This document shows positions 25,530 through 38,820 of a DNA stretch of 64,000 nt, piece after piece. The translations under genes were made by a program, and so were the position numbers. Source of the stretch: Psammoneis japonica (lineage: Eukaryota); NCBI GenBank assembly GCA_008632985.1, contig QPGO01000048.1, positions 372,001-436,000 on the forward strand, written 5' to 3'. How positions within the stretch are numbered: position 1 is the first letter of the stretch; every line of letters starts with the position of its first letter. Under the pieces are notes generated by a model that saw only the letters and a list, made by a program, of their open reading frames with translations, was not told the DNA's origin and did not search any database.

Positions 25530-26900
25530 CTAAACACCAGCTTCTGCACCAGCCTGTTCAAGATTGCCTACGTGTGTTGAGATCCATTCACTGTCCGTAA
25601 TTTGACCGCTTGATTTTGCAGTAGACTTCCCTGTTGGCCGGTTCGTTCTTCCGGCACGTCTGGGCGGAGGCGGCCTTTTCCTCGTCACTTGAATTGCTCG
25701 TTTAAGCTGCGTCCGCCCATCTCTTAAAAATCCCACTAGCTCTTTCACCTCATTCTTCATGAGGCTAGCTGTCTGCTTTTCCATTTCTCGCGCTGTTTGA
25801 GACATGAAACTGAAGTACTTTTGCGCACAAGTCTCGCAGCAAATCAGTCCACCAGGCCCACCAGTAGGACATGCCGCATCATAAGCCTTCTCTCCCTCAT
25901 CAAAGGCATGCGGCGTCCAGCGAATCTCGTGGGGAAGCCAACTTTCGGCGTTGCCTTCTTGAGATGCCTGCTTCTGTGATTCTTCACACGCTGGATTATC
26001 ATTTTGCTCGCCATCTGACTCCCCCGTGTCGTTACCCTGCACAAAAGAAAAACACCACATAAGCCCGTAAAGGTGAGCTCTCATTCTCTGATCCAATTGC
26101 ATCACGATTAAAGAGCAAAAGTCGACTTACCGAATTCCTGTCATCTGATTTCTCTGGCTGATTTTGTGAGGCATTTAGTTCCTCCAAGTGCTTCGCCGCG
26201 GCCAACTTTTTCTTTCTAACTTTTTCGCGAATCGACTTGATTTGTTTCTTTTTCACTCTGTATTCTTCTAACGACATACCGATTTTCTTAAGAGCAGCCT
26301 CAAGATTCGCCTGGTTCCTCGCCCTTACACCTGATCGAATTTTGGCTTTGATATCGTCGCTCCACTTCTTTTCCTTGTTCCACGGTGTGTTGCCCTTGTT
26401 TGCCTTGGAAATGCGTGCTCTACTAACACTGGTGTGCGTATATCCACCTCTGGATGTCTTACGTGCAAATGTAGGCAGTTCCATCGAATCATCTCCGAAC
26501 TCTTCATCACTGCTGATAAAGTCCGCCGCAGTTTTTCGTCGTTTCGGTTTTACGGCTTTCGCCTGTGCACTCGGTTTCTTTGCGACTGTGGCCCTTTTCT
26601 TCTTTGGAGGTTCTTCGATATATTCGTCGTCTTCTTCTGAAGCGGATGAAACGATGGTCTCGTCATTCTCCCAGTCGCTTTCGCTGGCTTCTTTGCTGGC
26701 GTTTGACCACGACGAATCGCTCTGTGATTTACAGAAAACATGCGTTGTTAGTGACAGCGGGCGAGACACCAATGTTTCATTGAACCGCCCACATCAACTA
26801 CGATCTTTTCATAAGTTCGCAGATTGCCTCATTTCGCACTTACACTAGCTTTCTTTGTCTTCTTCGCGGGGCTCGTTGACGACCGTCGTGGGCGAGCCAT
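25530..26900 (-). CDS. Hypothetical basic/acidic protein with NUMOD3-like motif and C-terminal Cys cluster, intron-containing
   Basis: HTSVSRARISKANKGNTPWNKEKKWSDDIKAKIR (NUMOD3-like), CPTGGPGGLICCETC; ATG at 26900 and GTAAG donors at ~26843 and ~26130. Confidence 0.6.
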
Positions 26901-27155
26901 GGTTGATGTTGAATGTTAGATGATGTTAGAAGTATCGGTACATGTTCAATGTAAACATGTATGTACCGCAGGCAAAAAAGCCAACATCAGGTAGGAGCGC
27001 GATTTTCGCGCGATCGACGCTCGATGCACCATCCAACGACCAACGACCACCAAGAAGCAAACAAAAAGAAAGAGACAAGGTCTGAGAAAGAATACTGTAC
27101 TTAGTGTGTATGGTATTGTGAACAAGAGAATTGTTTGGTATCACAACGCACTGGA

Positions 27156-29550
27156 ATGCCTTCCTACCACCATACCGTTGTTCCAACTAGAAGGAGAGGG
27201 AAAGGAGTGTCTTTGCTGTTCACAATTTTTTCGACATTATCCATGTTTCAACTATGGCCATCACGAACGGTATTTGGAAGGATGATATCAGCCTTTGGAG
27301 TAGCACATGGCCGTACGAAGCGATTAGGAAACACGCCTGATCTAGCATCTTTTTCGTGGACGGATGGTAGAGATCGTTCATTGCGTCGTCGTCCGCCTGT
27401 GGCGTGCTTCGCCTCCTCCAAAGACTCTTCAAGAAACGACCCGAAACGCAAAAAATCGACAAAGAAGAAGAAATACAAAGTCAATCAGAACATCGACCAA
27501 TCAAATATGGACAAGCTGGCAGCTGCTTTTGAGGAATTGGCACAAAAAGAAGGGTTTGATGAGTCCACTGCTTTGTACGCTGATGCCGATACTTTCGATG
27601 AGGATTTCACAGACGACGATTACGATACAGCTTTGAATATAGACGGAGAGCTGAATCCTGATGATTTCGACCTTTCTGATTTCCAGGAAGAGGACAATGA
27701 AGAAGAAGTGGAACTTGGGTTTGATGATGGTGGCGATGACATGGACTCTCGAATTGCCGCAGCAAAGCGTGACGTTGGACAAGGTCGTGTCTCTGTCCCA
27801 AAAGATCTCGACGACTACGCGAGTCGAATAACATCTAACAATTTGCGTGAGCTGGGATATCGCCGAGAGCTTAACCCCTTTGGGAATGACGAAACACCAC
27901 GAAAGGAACAGTTTCAGCTTGTTACGGATGCTATGATTTGTTCGGCGTGTGGTGCAGACTTTCAGTGTCATGACGAAAAGAGACCTGGCTTCTTGCCACC
28001 GGAGAAGCACGCTATTCAAGTTAAACTTGCAAAAATCGAAGAACTCCAGTCTCTGCAAGAAAAGGCTGAATCTGCGGAGTGGTCAACCGATGATGAAATC
28101 GAGTGGCTCATTCAAAGTGAGGGAGATTCGAAAAGTTCGGACGTTGCCGAAGATGTTGCGGGTATAGATGTGGATGCCATGGCCGAAGAAATGGGGCTAA
28201 ACCTAGTGGAGCTATCCAAGAAAAAGGTCATTTGTAAACGTTGTCATGGCCTTCAAAATTTTGGGAAAGTTGATGAATCTCTACGACCCGGTTGGACAAA
28301 AGAGCCACTGCTTTCTCAACAGAAATTTCGAGATCTGCTGACTCCCATTCGAGAGAAGACTTGTGTCATTATTGCGCTTGTGGACCTGTTCGATTTTAGT
28401 GGCTCAGTTCTCCCAGAATTGGACGCCATTGCTGGGGATAACCCTGTCATTCTCGCAGCAAATAAAGCAGATTTGTTACCTTCGAAAATGGGTCAAGCTA
28501 GAGCGGAGAATTGGGTTCGGAGAGAATTGGAGTACCTTGGAATCAAGTCGATTGCCAATATTGGAGGTGCTGTACGTCTCGTCAGTTGTAAGACGGGGTT
28601 TGGCATCCCCGGTATGTTGGCCAAAGCTAGAAAACTTGCGGAAGAAATTGATGGTGATGTCTACGTGGTGGGGGCCGCCAACGCTGGTAAGAGCACATTG
28701 ATAAACTACGTGTTGAATGGAAATGACGACAGCGCCGCAAAGCGCGAGGGAAAAAGGCGAGCCGGAAACGCCAACGCTCGAAAAGGAGCTCTCACTACTA
28801 GTCCACTACCCGGTACTACACTCAAGTTTATCAAGATTAGCCTTGGTGAAGGCCGGAACTTGTACGACACACCCGGCCTTCTTGTACCGGGTACGCTCAC
28901 ACAACTTCTGACTCCCGCTGAACTAAAGATCGTTGTGCCGAAAAAGTAGGTTTGGAGTTTCGCTTCAGTGGACTCAATTTCCTTTTACGCCACCAATGCG
29001 CTCACTTACTTTCAACGTTCTTTTTTGTTCTTTCAGGCAGGTAGAACCGATTACATTTAGAATAGCGTCCGGGAAGTGCGTCTTGGTTGGTGGCTTGGCC
29101 AGGATTGAAGTCTATGGTGACAGCAAGCCATTCATGTTTACTTTTTTCGTGGCGAATGACATCAAGCTACATGTGACAGACGTCTCGAAAGCAGACGCAT
29201 TCGTTTCCAAGCACGTCGGGGGGCTGTTAACCCCCCCTCTCGACCCTGGGCCGGAACGAATGGAGCAGATTGGCGAATTTGAAAGCCATGAAATAGATAT
29301 CGAAGGGACAGGGTGGAAGGAGGCAGTGGCTGACATAACTCTTCGTGGTCTCGGGTGGGTCGCTGTCACTGGTCCTGGATCTGCAAAGATCAAAGTGAGC
29401 GTTCCGAAAGGCATTGGCATATCGGTGCGACCTCCGCTAATGCCATTTGACGTTTGGGATGTCGCTTCGAGATACACTGGAGGCCGTTCTGTTCGAAAAG
29501 GTGGGAAAACGAAGAGTGGGAAGACGCGAAAAGGCGTCGGAAGACAGTAA
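27156..29550 (+). CDS. Circularly permuted GTPase, YqeH/NOA1(RIF1)/BPG2 family (organellar ribosome biogenesis)
   Basis: CSACG...CKRC Zn finger, VDLFDF, NKADLLP (G4), GAANAGKS (G1), PGTT (G2), DTPG (G3), GLGWVAV; intron 28946-29036. Start codon uncertain. Confidence 0.92.
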
Positions 29551-29739
29551 TGTTTGTTCCGTATCATCTAGGAGTGTAGTCAACACGATTAGAGGTAGGG
29601 ATATGACTGATAAAAGAAATAGTCGCATGGGCAAGAAAGTCCTTTTCATCCGATTCTGAGCCAGACTAACACATCCAACTATGATTGTACCAGGCTTTTC
29701 AAAGACCCATCTATTTCATTACTGGTAGCAAGCGAGAGT

Positions 29740-30274
29740 CTACTCGGCATCCTGGCCACCTTCCCGTCCTGCCTTGCGAGATTCGGTTTGGATGAAAAGG
29801 TTGATTAGGAAAAGACAAGGAAGGAAAGTTCCCAAAAGCACCGCAAGGTAAGCGCCGAACTGAACCTCAAGAGCAACAGTGTTGGTGGGGAGCGCCTCAA
29901 CAATCGAGTCGAGAGCAAATGCGGGAGTCGCGATACCGGCAACAGGAAGAGCAGCAGCGGCAGCCTTCTTGAAATCAAAACCAGATGCGGCAACCTTGGC
30001 GGCAGCTACGGAAAGACGAAAACACATGGATGTGAGGTCGACGACATTGAAGAGATAATGCTTAAAGAAGTTCAATGCAAAAGGGCATTGATGAATCCCC
30101 ACCGCCCATCATGCATAGTGTACCAGCTTCAACATGTCCGAAGATCCCCGACGAAGGAAAATTTCTGCACTCATCTATCGTCGCGTCTCACTCACCTTTG
30201 GGAGCCTGGTTAGGGGCGAATGCCATAGCAGCGGCAAAAAGAGCAAAGAGGGTAACAATCTGGAAAGTCTTCAT
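29740..30274 (-). CDS. psbM: Nucleus-encoded photosystem II subunit PsbM precursor
   Basis: Exon 1 MKTFQIVTLFALFAAAMAFAPNQAPK (bipartite leader), intron 30195-30006, lumenal-type ATPAFA motif, mature LEVQFGAYLAVLLGTFLPCLFLINLFIQTESRKAG. Confidence 0.8.
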
Positions 30275-30963
30275 GGTGACGGTATTTCAACTGGTGTGAC
30301 AAGCGAAACAGTGTGACGATTTTTCGCTCCAGAAGTACGAAGATTACGTACGCATTGGCGTGAAAAGAGCAAAAAGTCTTGTGAGTTTCGTACCAAGTCT
30401 ACGTAATAGCTACGGCCGCGATCTTTACTGCAACTTCCGGGTTGCTTGCTCGGACACGTCCTTTTGGGCGGGAAGGTACGTCCGTGTCACCGACACACGT
30501 GGTCCCAGCTCTATCGGTAGGGGCCCTAGTTCCTACCGTAGGGCCCTAGTAGCTAGAATAGAACGAGGACACACCTTTTGACTCTCAAGACAGCACTTGT
30601 TAGGTTTGGTAGGCAATCCCTTGGACAGTACATGCGATGGTGCAGTATTTGCAAAGTATAGGTCATGTTCAGAGAATCTATGAAAATGTCAAAGTGAAGA
30701 AATCTTTGAGTCGCTGCTTGAACTCCCTACGAGTACCGAAGAGATTTGAGAGGTTGGATGCATCACTTTGTGACATAGATACGCATGGAACGTTGCGAGA
30801 GCAGAGAGAAGTTCCCATAAGTACCGTAATAGAAAAGTACGGTACATGCTCTGCATTCGCTCTAGAGAATCAGCAAGCCACTGACATCGAACAAGAAATT
30901 GCAATTTTCTTTCAAAGGCCATTTAGATTCTACTTAAGAGCCTATTTCTATGGATGGGCGACT

Positions 30964-31722
30964 TTAAAAGTAGGGGAAGTTGTGGGTGGCCTCACCCAAG
31001 GCAGTCTGGGTGCAAACGCCGCTGAACGCGAGCATGGCAAGGCGTCCATTCAACAATTCACGAAGCTTCATGCGATCACTCTCTTCCTTGCTCTTTCCCT
31101 TGAGGAAGGAAAGAGGGTCAAGGCCGAAATCGCCTGCTTCGCGGTCGTTCTCGCCCTTTGCAACTTGGACAAGGGCCGCACCAGTACAGACCTCGATGAG
31201 ACCAACAGCGAGCAGAAGGAAGCCCATCGATCCCTGCTGAACAAGAGCGTCATGAGCAAGGTAGGAGCAGGGAATGTTCTCCACAGAGTAAATTTCTCCC
31301 GGGAAACGAAGGGGGAAACCGAAGGCACCGTCGGCAGCAAGCCATCCGAACCACGCCAACATGCACACACGGCCGTGCTTGAGTTCAGCTTCCCTCATCC
31401 AGTAGAGGGTATCAATGCCTTTCTCTTCCCATTGCGGAGGCTGGATGAAACCTGAGAAGTCCTTGGGGATAGAAGAAAGGTAGAAGGGGTCAAAACCGAC
31501 ATCCCCAACCATGGATCCGTCGAGGTTGGCTGGACGAGGCAAGAAAGGTAGAGCCTTGGAACGCTCCGTCTTGTCGACCATGGTATCCCACAACCGCTCG
31601 GGCATGGCATTCATAGCCGAGGTACTCTGGCATTGATTGGTGGAGGCTGGCGCAAAGGCCATGGCCGAGCTGGCCAACATGGCGACAACGGCTGCAGAGA
31701 AGGAGGTCATGGTCTTCCGCAT
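30964..31722 (-). CDS. Light-harvesting (fucoxanthin-chlorophyll a/c) protein, probably Lhcr type
   Basis: AMAFAP leader, SKALPFL, GDVGFDP, WMREAELKHGRVCMLA, GDFGLDPL, ELLNGRLAMLA. Confidence 0.95.
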   Translation of the reverse strand: MRKTMTSFSAAVVAMLASSAMAFAPASTNQCQSTSAMNAMPERLWDTMVDKTERSKALPFLPRPANLDGSMVGDVGFDPFYLSSIPKDFSGFIQPPQWEEKGIDTLYWMREAELKHGRVCMLAWFGWLAADGAFGFPLRFPGEIYSVENIPCSYLAHDALVQQGSMGFLLLAVGLIEVCTGAALVQVAKGENDREAGDFGLDPLSFLKGKSKEESDRMKLRELLNGRLAMLAFSGVCTQTALGEATHNFPYF

Positions 31723-32089
31723 CGAAGAAGTACTTGAACAGAAAGGATTCAGCACCGCGACGAGGTCGGCAACGTTGGCTTCTTGAGGCAAATCTTTTTT
31801 TTGAAAGGCCAAACACAGCCGAGCTAGGAGAATTTCAAATTGTGTTGTTACCTTTAGAAACGAACAAGAAATCTGTCGGACAAGGATACAACATACTGAC
31901 TATACGACCGCGCTTTCCTTGTGCCACGGATTCCGTATTCCGTGGTCCGTTGGGGCGCGGTGAACGGTCGGTGCGGGTGCGGGCACCAACCATGGCGGCA
32001 ATGGCGGCGCATTGACTCCAGACGTACGACTCCTCCAGACTCCAGACACAAGTTCAAAGTGACATGTACAGTACTGTACCAATTTGAAA

Positions 32090-32350
32090 ATGAACAACAA
32101 CTTTCTCCTGACACGTATGAGCCGTCGGCATGGTCGCTTATTCTTACGCTTTGCATCAAGCAAAGGAGGGAATGAATACAAGGAGGGAATGGCGCAGCTT
32201 AAGAAGCAACACCCATGGTTGCACAAGATGGCACCATCGCGTGGCGGCACCCAGGCCCCAGATGCAAAATATATGGCTGTTTTTGCGGTTGTGAGTGCTG
32301 CGGGATATTATGCATGGTTCGTTGACCCCCCGAAACGGCATCAAGAATGA
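32090..32350 (+). CDS. Small single-TM protein with a mitochondrial-like presequence
   Basis: Arg-rich N-terminus (TRMSRRHGRLFLRFASS) and one hydrophobic helix (YMAVFAVVSAAGYYAWF); no family recognised. Confidence 0.5.
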   Translation: MNNNFLLTRMSRRHGRLFLRFASSKGGNEYKEGMAQLKKQHPWLHKMAPSRGGTQAPDAKYMAVFAVVSAAGYYAWFVDPPKRHQE

Positions 32351-32692
32351 TCAAGCTTCCTTTAGATTCTTGACTCCTGAGCCCTAGCATTACTTGATTC
32401 AAAAGCAGCTCCGTCCAGTGCTTTCCAGGCTCAGTTGTATGGGACTCACTCACCCTAAGAGGTCGCTACGCATGGGATTGGACTGTGAAGGCTGTATCAT
32501 CCTCTAGGTTGACATGAATGAGTGCCGTAGACTACAAAATAATGATTCGTTTTGAAAAATATGCAGTACGAGGAGAATTGTCGAATGACTTATGACGGAC
32601 GTCAGTTTCCTCCACTCATTGGCTTCATTTCGTTGTTCTAACGCCTGTATCATCAATTGTATAGTCATACAACAACATCTCACATCTCTACT

Positions 32693-34268
32693 TTATCGAA
32701 TTTTCCCAAGTCGCCATGCCTGGCGATATCTTTGCATATCGGCTGTACTTAGTCTGTAGTTTCCACCATGATTGCCGAAATATTCCACTTGGTTGAGCGC
32801 GCGGCTCTTGCGTTCCAAGTACGACATGATTTCAAAACAAGCTTTTAAGTTGAGGGAAAGGATGTCTCGGTCCATCCTATCGAGGTATTCCACAAGGCGA
32901 GCTTCGCAATCTTCACAGTCTGCACTGTCACATCGGCTGGTCGTGTCACCGAGAAACATCTGGTTTCGCCAACATAATCCATCACAACCTGGCATGCCTT
33001 CAAAGCCTTCAAAAACAACATACCGTTCTGCCGATGCCGGCCTCGAACTCACCGGCTTCAGGACTGTGATACGTTGAAAAGCATGAAACAGACTCTTCAT
33101 GACGCATCGAGTAGTATCAGTTCTAAATCCAAACATCTTCAGAACAAAAGTGCCCTTCTGCTTGAGAAGGGTGACTGCTGCTGCTGCTTGGCAGACTACG
33201 ATCTTCTGTGCTAACTCTTCCTGGCAGTCGGAGTCACGCTGCGCGTCAAATCCCCCGTCAGCGACTACCAGGTGCACCCTGCCATCTGACCTTTCACCTT
33301 CCTCAACAACATGTTTCAAATCCCCTTGATAGTGACAAGACGAATCTTCTTCAATAAATTGACGAAGTACCTCAACATTTTCCCACTGGTACACATCACC
33401 AGTCCCGTCTGCTCCATCACATACTCGAAACTGTGCTGACTGTGGACAAAACCTCGACATGTGCTGAAGCTTCCATTTCAAACCTGCGCCGTGCTCGTTG
33501 CTCCCCCTTAGACTCATCCCAGTTCCTTGGCAGAAAGATGTTCTATTCCTGAAGCACCGATACATGATATATTCGCTGAACCCGCCACTGACAAAAAGAG
33601 CATTAAGGTGAGATCCGCTTTGGCAAAGGGAACAAAATTGAAGCCACGAGAACCTACGGTGCTCCACAAATATCAACAAAAACAAATGGCTCCGCTCTGT
33701 TTTCACATTGAGTCAGCCTAAAATCTAGGAGCGCGTCAATATTTGCCAATTTTATTGCGGCCCGATTCATCAAACCCACCCGATGTTCTCTTTCGCCTAG
33801 CTCTTCAAAGGGATTGCAAATTCGACGCGCTTCAGCGAATTCCAATTTCGGCGTCGTCTGATGCCTGCCTCGCTCATAGTGTGGACCAGTACTTTCATCT
33901 TTAGCAATACATTTGTTGTAGGCCTCCGCGCAACTCTCGGCCGCAGGGCCTAGTCTTTGTTTGACTTGAGATAGCTGCGAAGTCAATGTCCGGATTTCAT
34001 TCTCAGCCCAGTCTCCAGTTTCACCACACAATCTTCCCATGCAAGTTCCACCTCTATCAATCCCCCCCACTTCCACAAGCCAACTGGAATGGATTCTACC
34101 AACGTCTGAATTCTTGTTAATATGCAGAACTTCATTGTAGCAATCACGATCGTAACGTGTGTCATCGAGAGACTGATCAACCCCAATCGAATCGTTTGAC
34201 ATCTTTTTCACCATATTATCGTCCGGGCTAGATGACGTCGAAACATTGCGTCGCTTCGGACGACCCAT
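32693..34268 (-). CDS. FtsJ/RrmJ-type 2'-O-ribose methyltransferase (cap methyltransferase CMTR-like), 2 exons
   Basis: NPFE, NRAAIKLANID, DICGAP|GGFSEY across an intron (~33657-33589), LVVADGG, GTFVLKMF, KPVSSRPASAERYVV (K-D-K-E tetrad). Confidence 0.88.
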
Positions 34269-37200
34269 TCCGTCTCTCTTTTCTTGGTGTTCGTACCTCG
34301 TGATGTCTTTCGTCTGCCAATGGTGTTGCAGCGCCGGATTGGCTGCGTTGGTACCGTATTTGAGTATGGTGTTGCTGGTCCGTGAGAAGAAGATGATGAT
34401 TTACATCAAGAAGTCGTCTCATTTCTTTGTTTCACCTCACACCTCAGCCTCCGCAATGGCACCTCCTGTCTCCTGTCCATGATGTGGTGCCATAGGCTGG
34501 TGGTGCTGGGTGCTACCCCATGCAGGGCCCAGGCAGCAGGCAGCAGGCACACTCTCCGTAGACTCACGATGGCTGGAGAGTGCAGCAGGCAGGGCGGGAG
34601 AGAGACAGCTCAGACCAGTGAGCTTAGACAAGCCAGCCAGCCCCCACCCCGCATGTGCCCCCAAAGGGCCACAGATCTCCCCAGTCAAAAAGGGAAGCCA
34701 TAGAAGGGCCAGCAAAAGAGCACTGCTCCTTGCACCCTTCAGGGAAAACTTTGTGGCTGCCACACTCTCCTGATGAACCCGTTGAAGTGAGCTCAGATGT
34801 GGGTGACAGCCGGGTCAATGAGAAAAACAGCTGACGTTGTCTCGGTGCCAATGGCAAAAAATTGTGGCGCGATGACGAGAACAAGACTCGTTCTTCAGCA
34901 ACTCCAGAAGGTTTTGTCATGAGACCACCAATGCAGCCCATTGATGATGCACATGAAAATGATGGCAACTTTGACACAATGGAGCGACGCTGCTGTTTCC
35001 CCCCAAGCTGCGATGCAGATCATGCTGATGATGCTGGAGGAAGAAACAGCTGAGGCACGACTTTCCCTGCAAGGCACCATCCTGTCAAACTGAGGGCAGA
35101 GAGCAAAGGTGGCTTGATCAACAAGTGCCAAAAGTTTGACATTGATGCGAACGGCCCATTGAAAAAGACACCTTGCACTGGTGCCCCAAGAATGCTGAAT
35201 GGAGAAACAAAAGAAGAGTGGAGAGCACAAGCTCTGCCTTGATTCATTGAGTTTTCAAGAAGCTGAGAAATGGCGCAGCATTGACCACAGAAAAAACGAG
35301 AACCCAAGCACCATCAGGAAGCAGGAATTTCCTGAAAAAACGGTGGCATCTGGTGCAAAGAAGGAGAGGTCAAGAAAGAAGAAAAAGAGATTCCAACAGC
35401 AAAGGTGAGCACTCATTGTGCCAGTGCATTGGAAATGTCATTTGTGCCTCCTCCAGTTTTCCAGTGTTTGTTGCTGTCTGCTGTGTGCCTTGACTGGAAG
35501 CTGCAGCTGCTTTTTAAACACTGCGTCTGTGAAGATGAAAATGGCTGGCTGAAGTGCAAGTGTGGTGACAACAAGTTTCATGAAAAGCCAAACAAGCATG
35601 GCCTTGGTCATGCTGTGTCAAAAATCCAAGAAGCACCTCCTTGCATCACACAACTCTGGTTCCCTGTTTTCCAATGAAGTGGTGTCATTTGGGAAAATGT
35701 GAACAATTTTCCAAAACAAAACTTCAAAGCAGGCCAAGTGTTTTGTGCAGGCCAAAAGGTGTTTCAAAATGCTTTGCAGTTTGTTGTGCAACAATGTGCC
35801 AGCAGCACAAGTCAGCCCATTTGCTGGCAAAACAGCGCTGTTTTGACAAACAGCACATTGCTCATGTTGTGACAATTCTAAATTGCTTGTGCACTGACAT
35901 TGTTTTCACAATCCCAAGATGAAGCTGCTGAACTTTCTCTGTGTCACTTTCAGGAATTTCAGGGGTGTCGATCACCAAGTTGACAGTTTCTGATGGCACG
36001 GTGATGGCTCTCTTTTTCCTTTTCTTTGCACTCATCACTGGCATCATGGCATGAGCTGTCAGGCAATTGAAGCACTCTGGGTTGTGTTCTTTGTTGCCAC
36101 CACAACATTTTTTCACTCTTGCTTGTGCTTCTCCTGCTCAGCTGACCAGCGGCACCTTTCCAGACCTGTTGTGTTGACCCGCTGTCCTCCACAGCTGCCC
36201 TTGCCATTGGTTGTTGCCCACCATCTTGCACCAGCTCCAGCATCACCTGCAATTTTGAGCTTGCCATTTTCTGTGTGGTTGCACACTTGGCCAGTGTCTT
36301 CTCATGGGTGTGCTCATGTGTGGCTCTGTCATTGAACTTGACTTTGTTCAACATGAGCAATGTGCACAGCTTTGTTCCTTGGAGAATTTTTTCTCCAGGC
36401 CCAGCAGCGGTGCAAAATGACTTCAATGATCATGGATCACATCTCCAGTGCAGTTGGGACTTGAGGCATTTTGTCAGCTGTTTGGACATCAATGTGTGCT
36501 CAACATGGCTCAAACCAGCATGTTGTGGCACACTGCTGTTTTTACATTGCGCAATGAAAGTGACTCATGTGACCTTTTTTCATGCATTTCTGGCTGGCAT
36601 GGCACTCATGTTCTCAAGTGCACAGAGAAAAATTTGACTCAAATGTCTTTCCACCCACATTCATTCAATGAAATGGTGCATGGACATGACCTGAGGCAGT
36701 GTGCTGTTTTGACAATTTCATTTTTGTGCTCACTTGAATGACTGAGCATCAACCAATGCATTGTCTCACCTTGGTGGCATGATGTCAAAATGAAAAAAGC
36801 ATGACTCAACCAACACAATGCCCCAACATGGCGGTGTTCACTTTTCTCAACAAACAGCCTGTGTGTGACTCCATGAATTGCTTCTGCCAACCCCAATGGT
36901 TTTTCTGCCTGTTGGCTGTTGTGATGACAAATGACAAAGAGGCTGCTTTTCATCACTGTGTGGGTGGCTGTTTGCAGACATGTCACTCTTGCATTTTTTC
37001 TTGTGTGGCTGTGATTTGCATCTTTGAAATTTCTGCACAGTTGTGCAGAGTTGGGCTGGAGATGAAAGTCCTTTGTTGTGGTGATCTCTCTGCATTTCTT
37101 GAAATGCACTTTTCAGTGTGTTGTTTTTGTGGCATTGTCACATTTTGGCCCAACTTCCACAAAAACACATTGCAGAAATTGCACCATGGTTGTGAACCTT

Positions 37201-38820
37201 CTCTCTTCTCTCCCAACACAAGGATGGAAGTGGAGATCCATGTGTGGCAAAATCCCTTGAGTGCCAAACAACATCCTTTCTGTGCTTCCTTGGAGCAAGA
37301 AAATAATGTTTCATCAAGCTGGGCTGCATTGCAGATGATGATTGCTCATCATTTGCACTGGGCAGCTCAGCTGATGATCTTGTGTTTCAACTGACACTTT
37401 GGCTGACCTGACACGTCAACCATCTTTGATGGTGCATTGTCAGCTCAACTGATGTTTGCTCAACTGATGATGCAATCAAGAAAAGTCAGACACAACTCTG
37501 TGCTCTCACTGCACTGTTGAATGATTGACTCTGAAAGTTGCATGGTGACATGGCCATTTTGGTTCTCTGTCTGGCCAATTTGGTTTGATGCATGCTGTTC
37601 TCAACAAGTCTGACAATGGCTGCTCTGCTGCTTTCACATTGGCTTTTGTCAGTGTCAACAGCAAAATGTTGCCAAAACAACAGCAATCTGGTTCCATCTT
37701 TGTTGCACATTCTCCTTGCAAAGAATTTGCTCTCATTCACCTCCAACAATGGCAGAGTGAAACAATTTGAAAAAGGTGACACAATCACAGGATGATTCTT
37801 TTCCACATCTCTTGCAGAGCTTTTCATGTGGCAAAACAGCAAATGAGGGTCATGAGACATGAAATGGCCAACAAAGAGAAAAATCAGACCTTGCTCTCAA
37901 CAGCAGAAAGGGAGGGTTGGGAGGTGGAAAGAAAATGACTGGAGTTGCCTGGTGCTGGAGAAAGTTCCATTCATCTGGCAGACAAAATCTTCTGCCACAA
38001 AGTCACAGAAAGGTGTTGGCTGCTGGTGTGTTCCAGCTCAGTGCAAGGCACGTGAAGTCAATGCCCCTCACTTCCCCAACCTGGCCACCACTGCAACTCA
38101 CATTGGTGCTGCCAATGGTGCATCTCATCCCAAGAACTCAGCCGGGCCACTCCATGTTTTGACTGATGACTGCACTTTGTGACACATCAAGATCAAGCAC
38201 TTTCTGCAACTGCAGAGGTGCTTGCAGAGCTCCAAAACTTTTGCCACCACAATGAAATGGGTGGGTGTGAAGCATTCAAGGCCAGCAGCAAATCTGTGGA
38301 GAACCTCATTGCAAAGTTTTCTGAAGAGCACATGTGTGACTTTCCATCCACAAACTGTCTTGTCATGATGGCCATTGATTGGGTGAATGGGCAAGGTGTT
38401 GAGGTGCCTCCATCTCCCACACCACTGCTCACTCTTCCTGACACAACAGTCAAGTCACTCAACAGCAAAACAGCAGAAGTGTCAATCTTCTCATGCTGGA
38501 GCACATGCTGCAGCTCAAGCAGGGGCGTTGGGTGACCAGCGTTGATGTTGCAAGTCAAGGCACACAGGAAGTGGTGGGAGAGCAGGCCAAAGCTCTGGCT
38601 GAATGTGAAGAAGCCTGCCAGGCTGCTGTTGAGGTCCAGGCCAATGTTCCAGCTGCCAATCTTTGCTTGCAAAACATGCCTGGATGGCCTGCATTGCCGG
38701 CCTTGGGCATTTTGCCTGTTGCCCACTGCCTCTTCAGCAGAAGAATTGCCAAGCAGGGTGGCAACCATTTTTTCACCACCACAGAGTTCCAAAACAGAGT
38801 TTTTTCAAGGTGCAAGAATG

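Noticed and set aside
30637..31455. 272-aa plus-strand ORF
   Set aside because: Antisense shadow of the LHC gene.
35400..38800. BED-finger/hAT-like remnants (WLKCKCGDNK...HGLGH)
   Set aside because: Too degraded, and Cys/His are inflated by the mutation process, so a zinc-finger call is unreliable.
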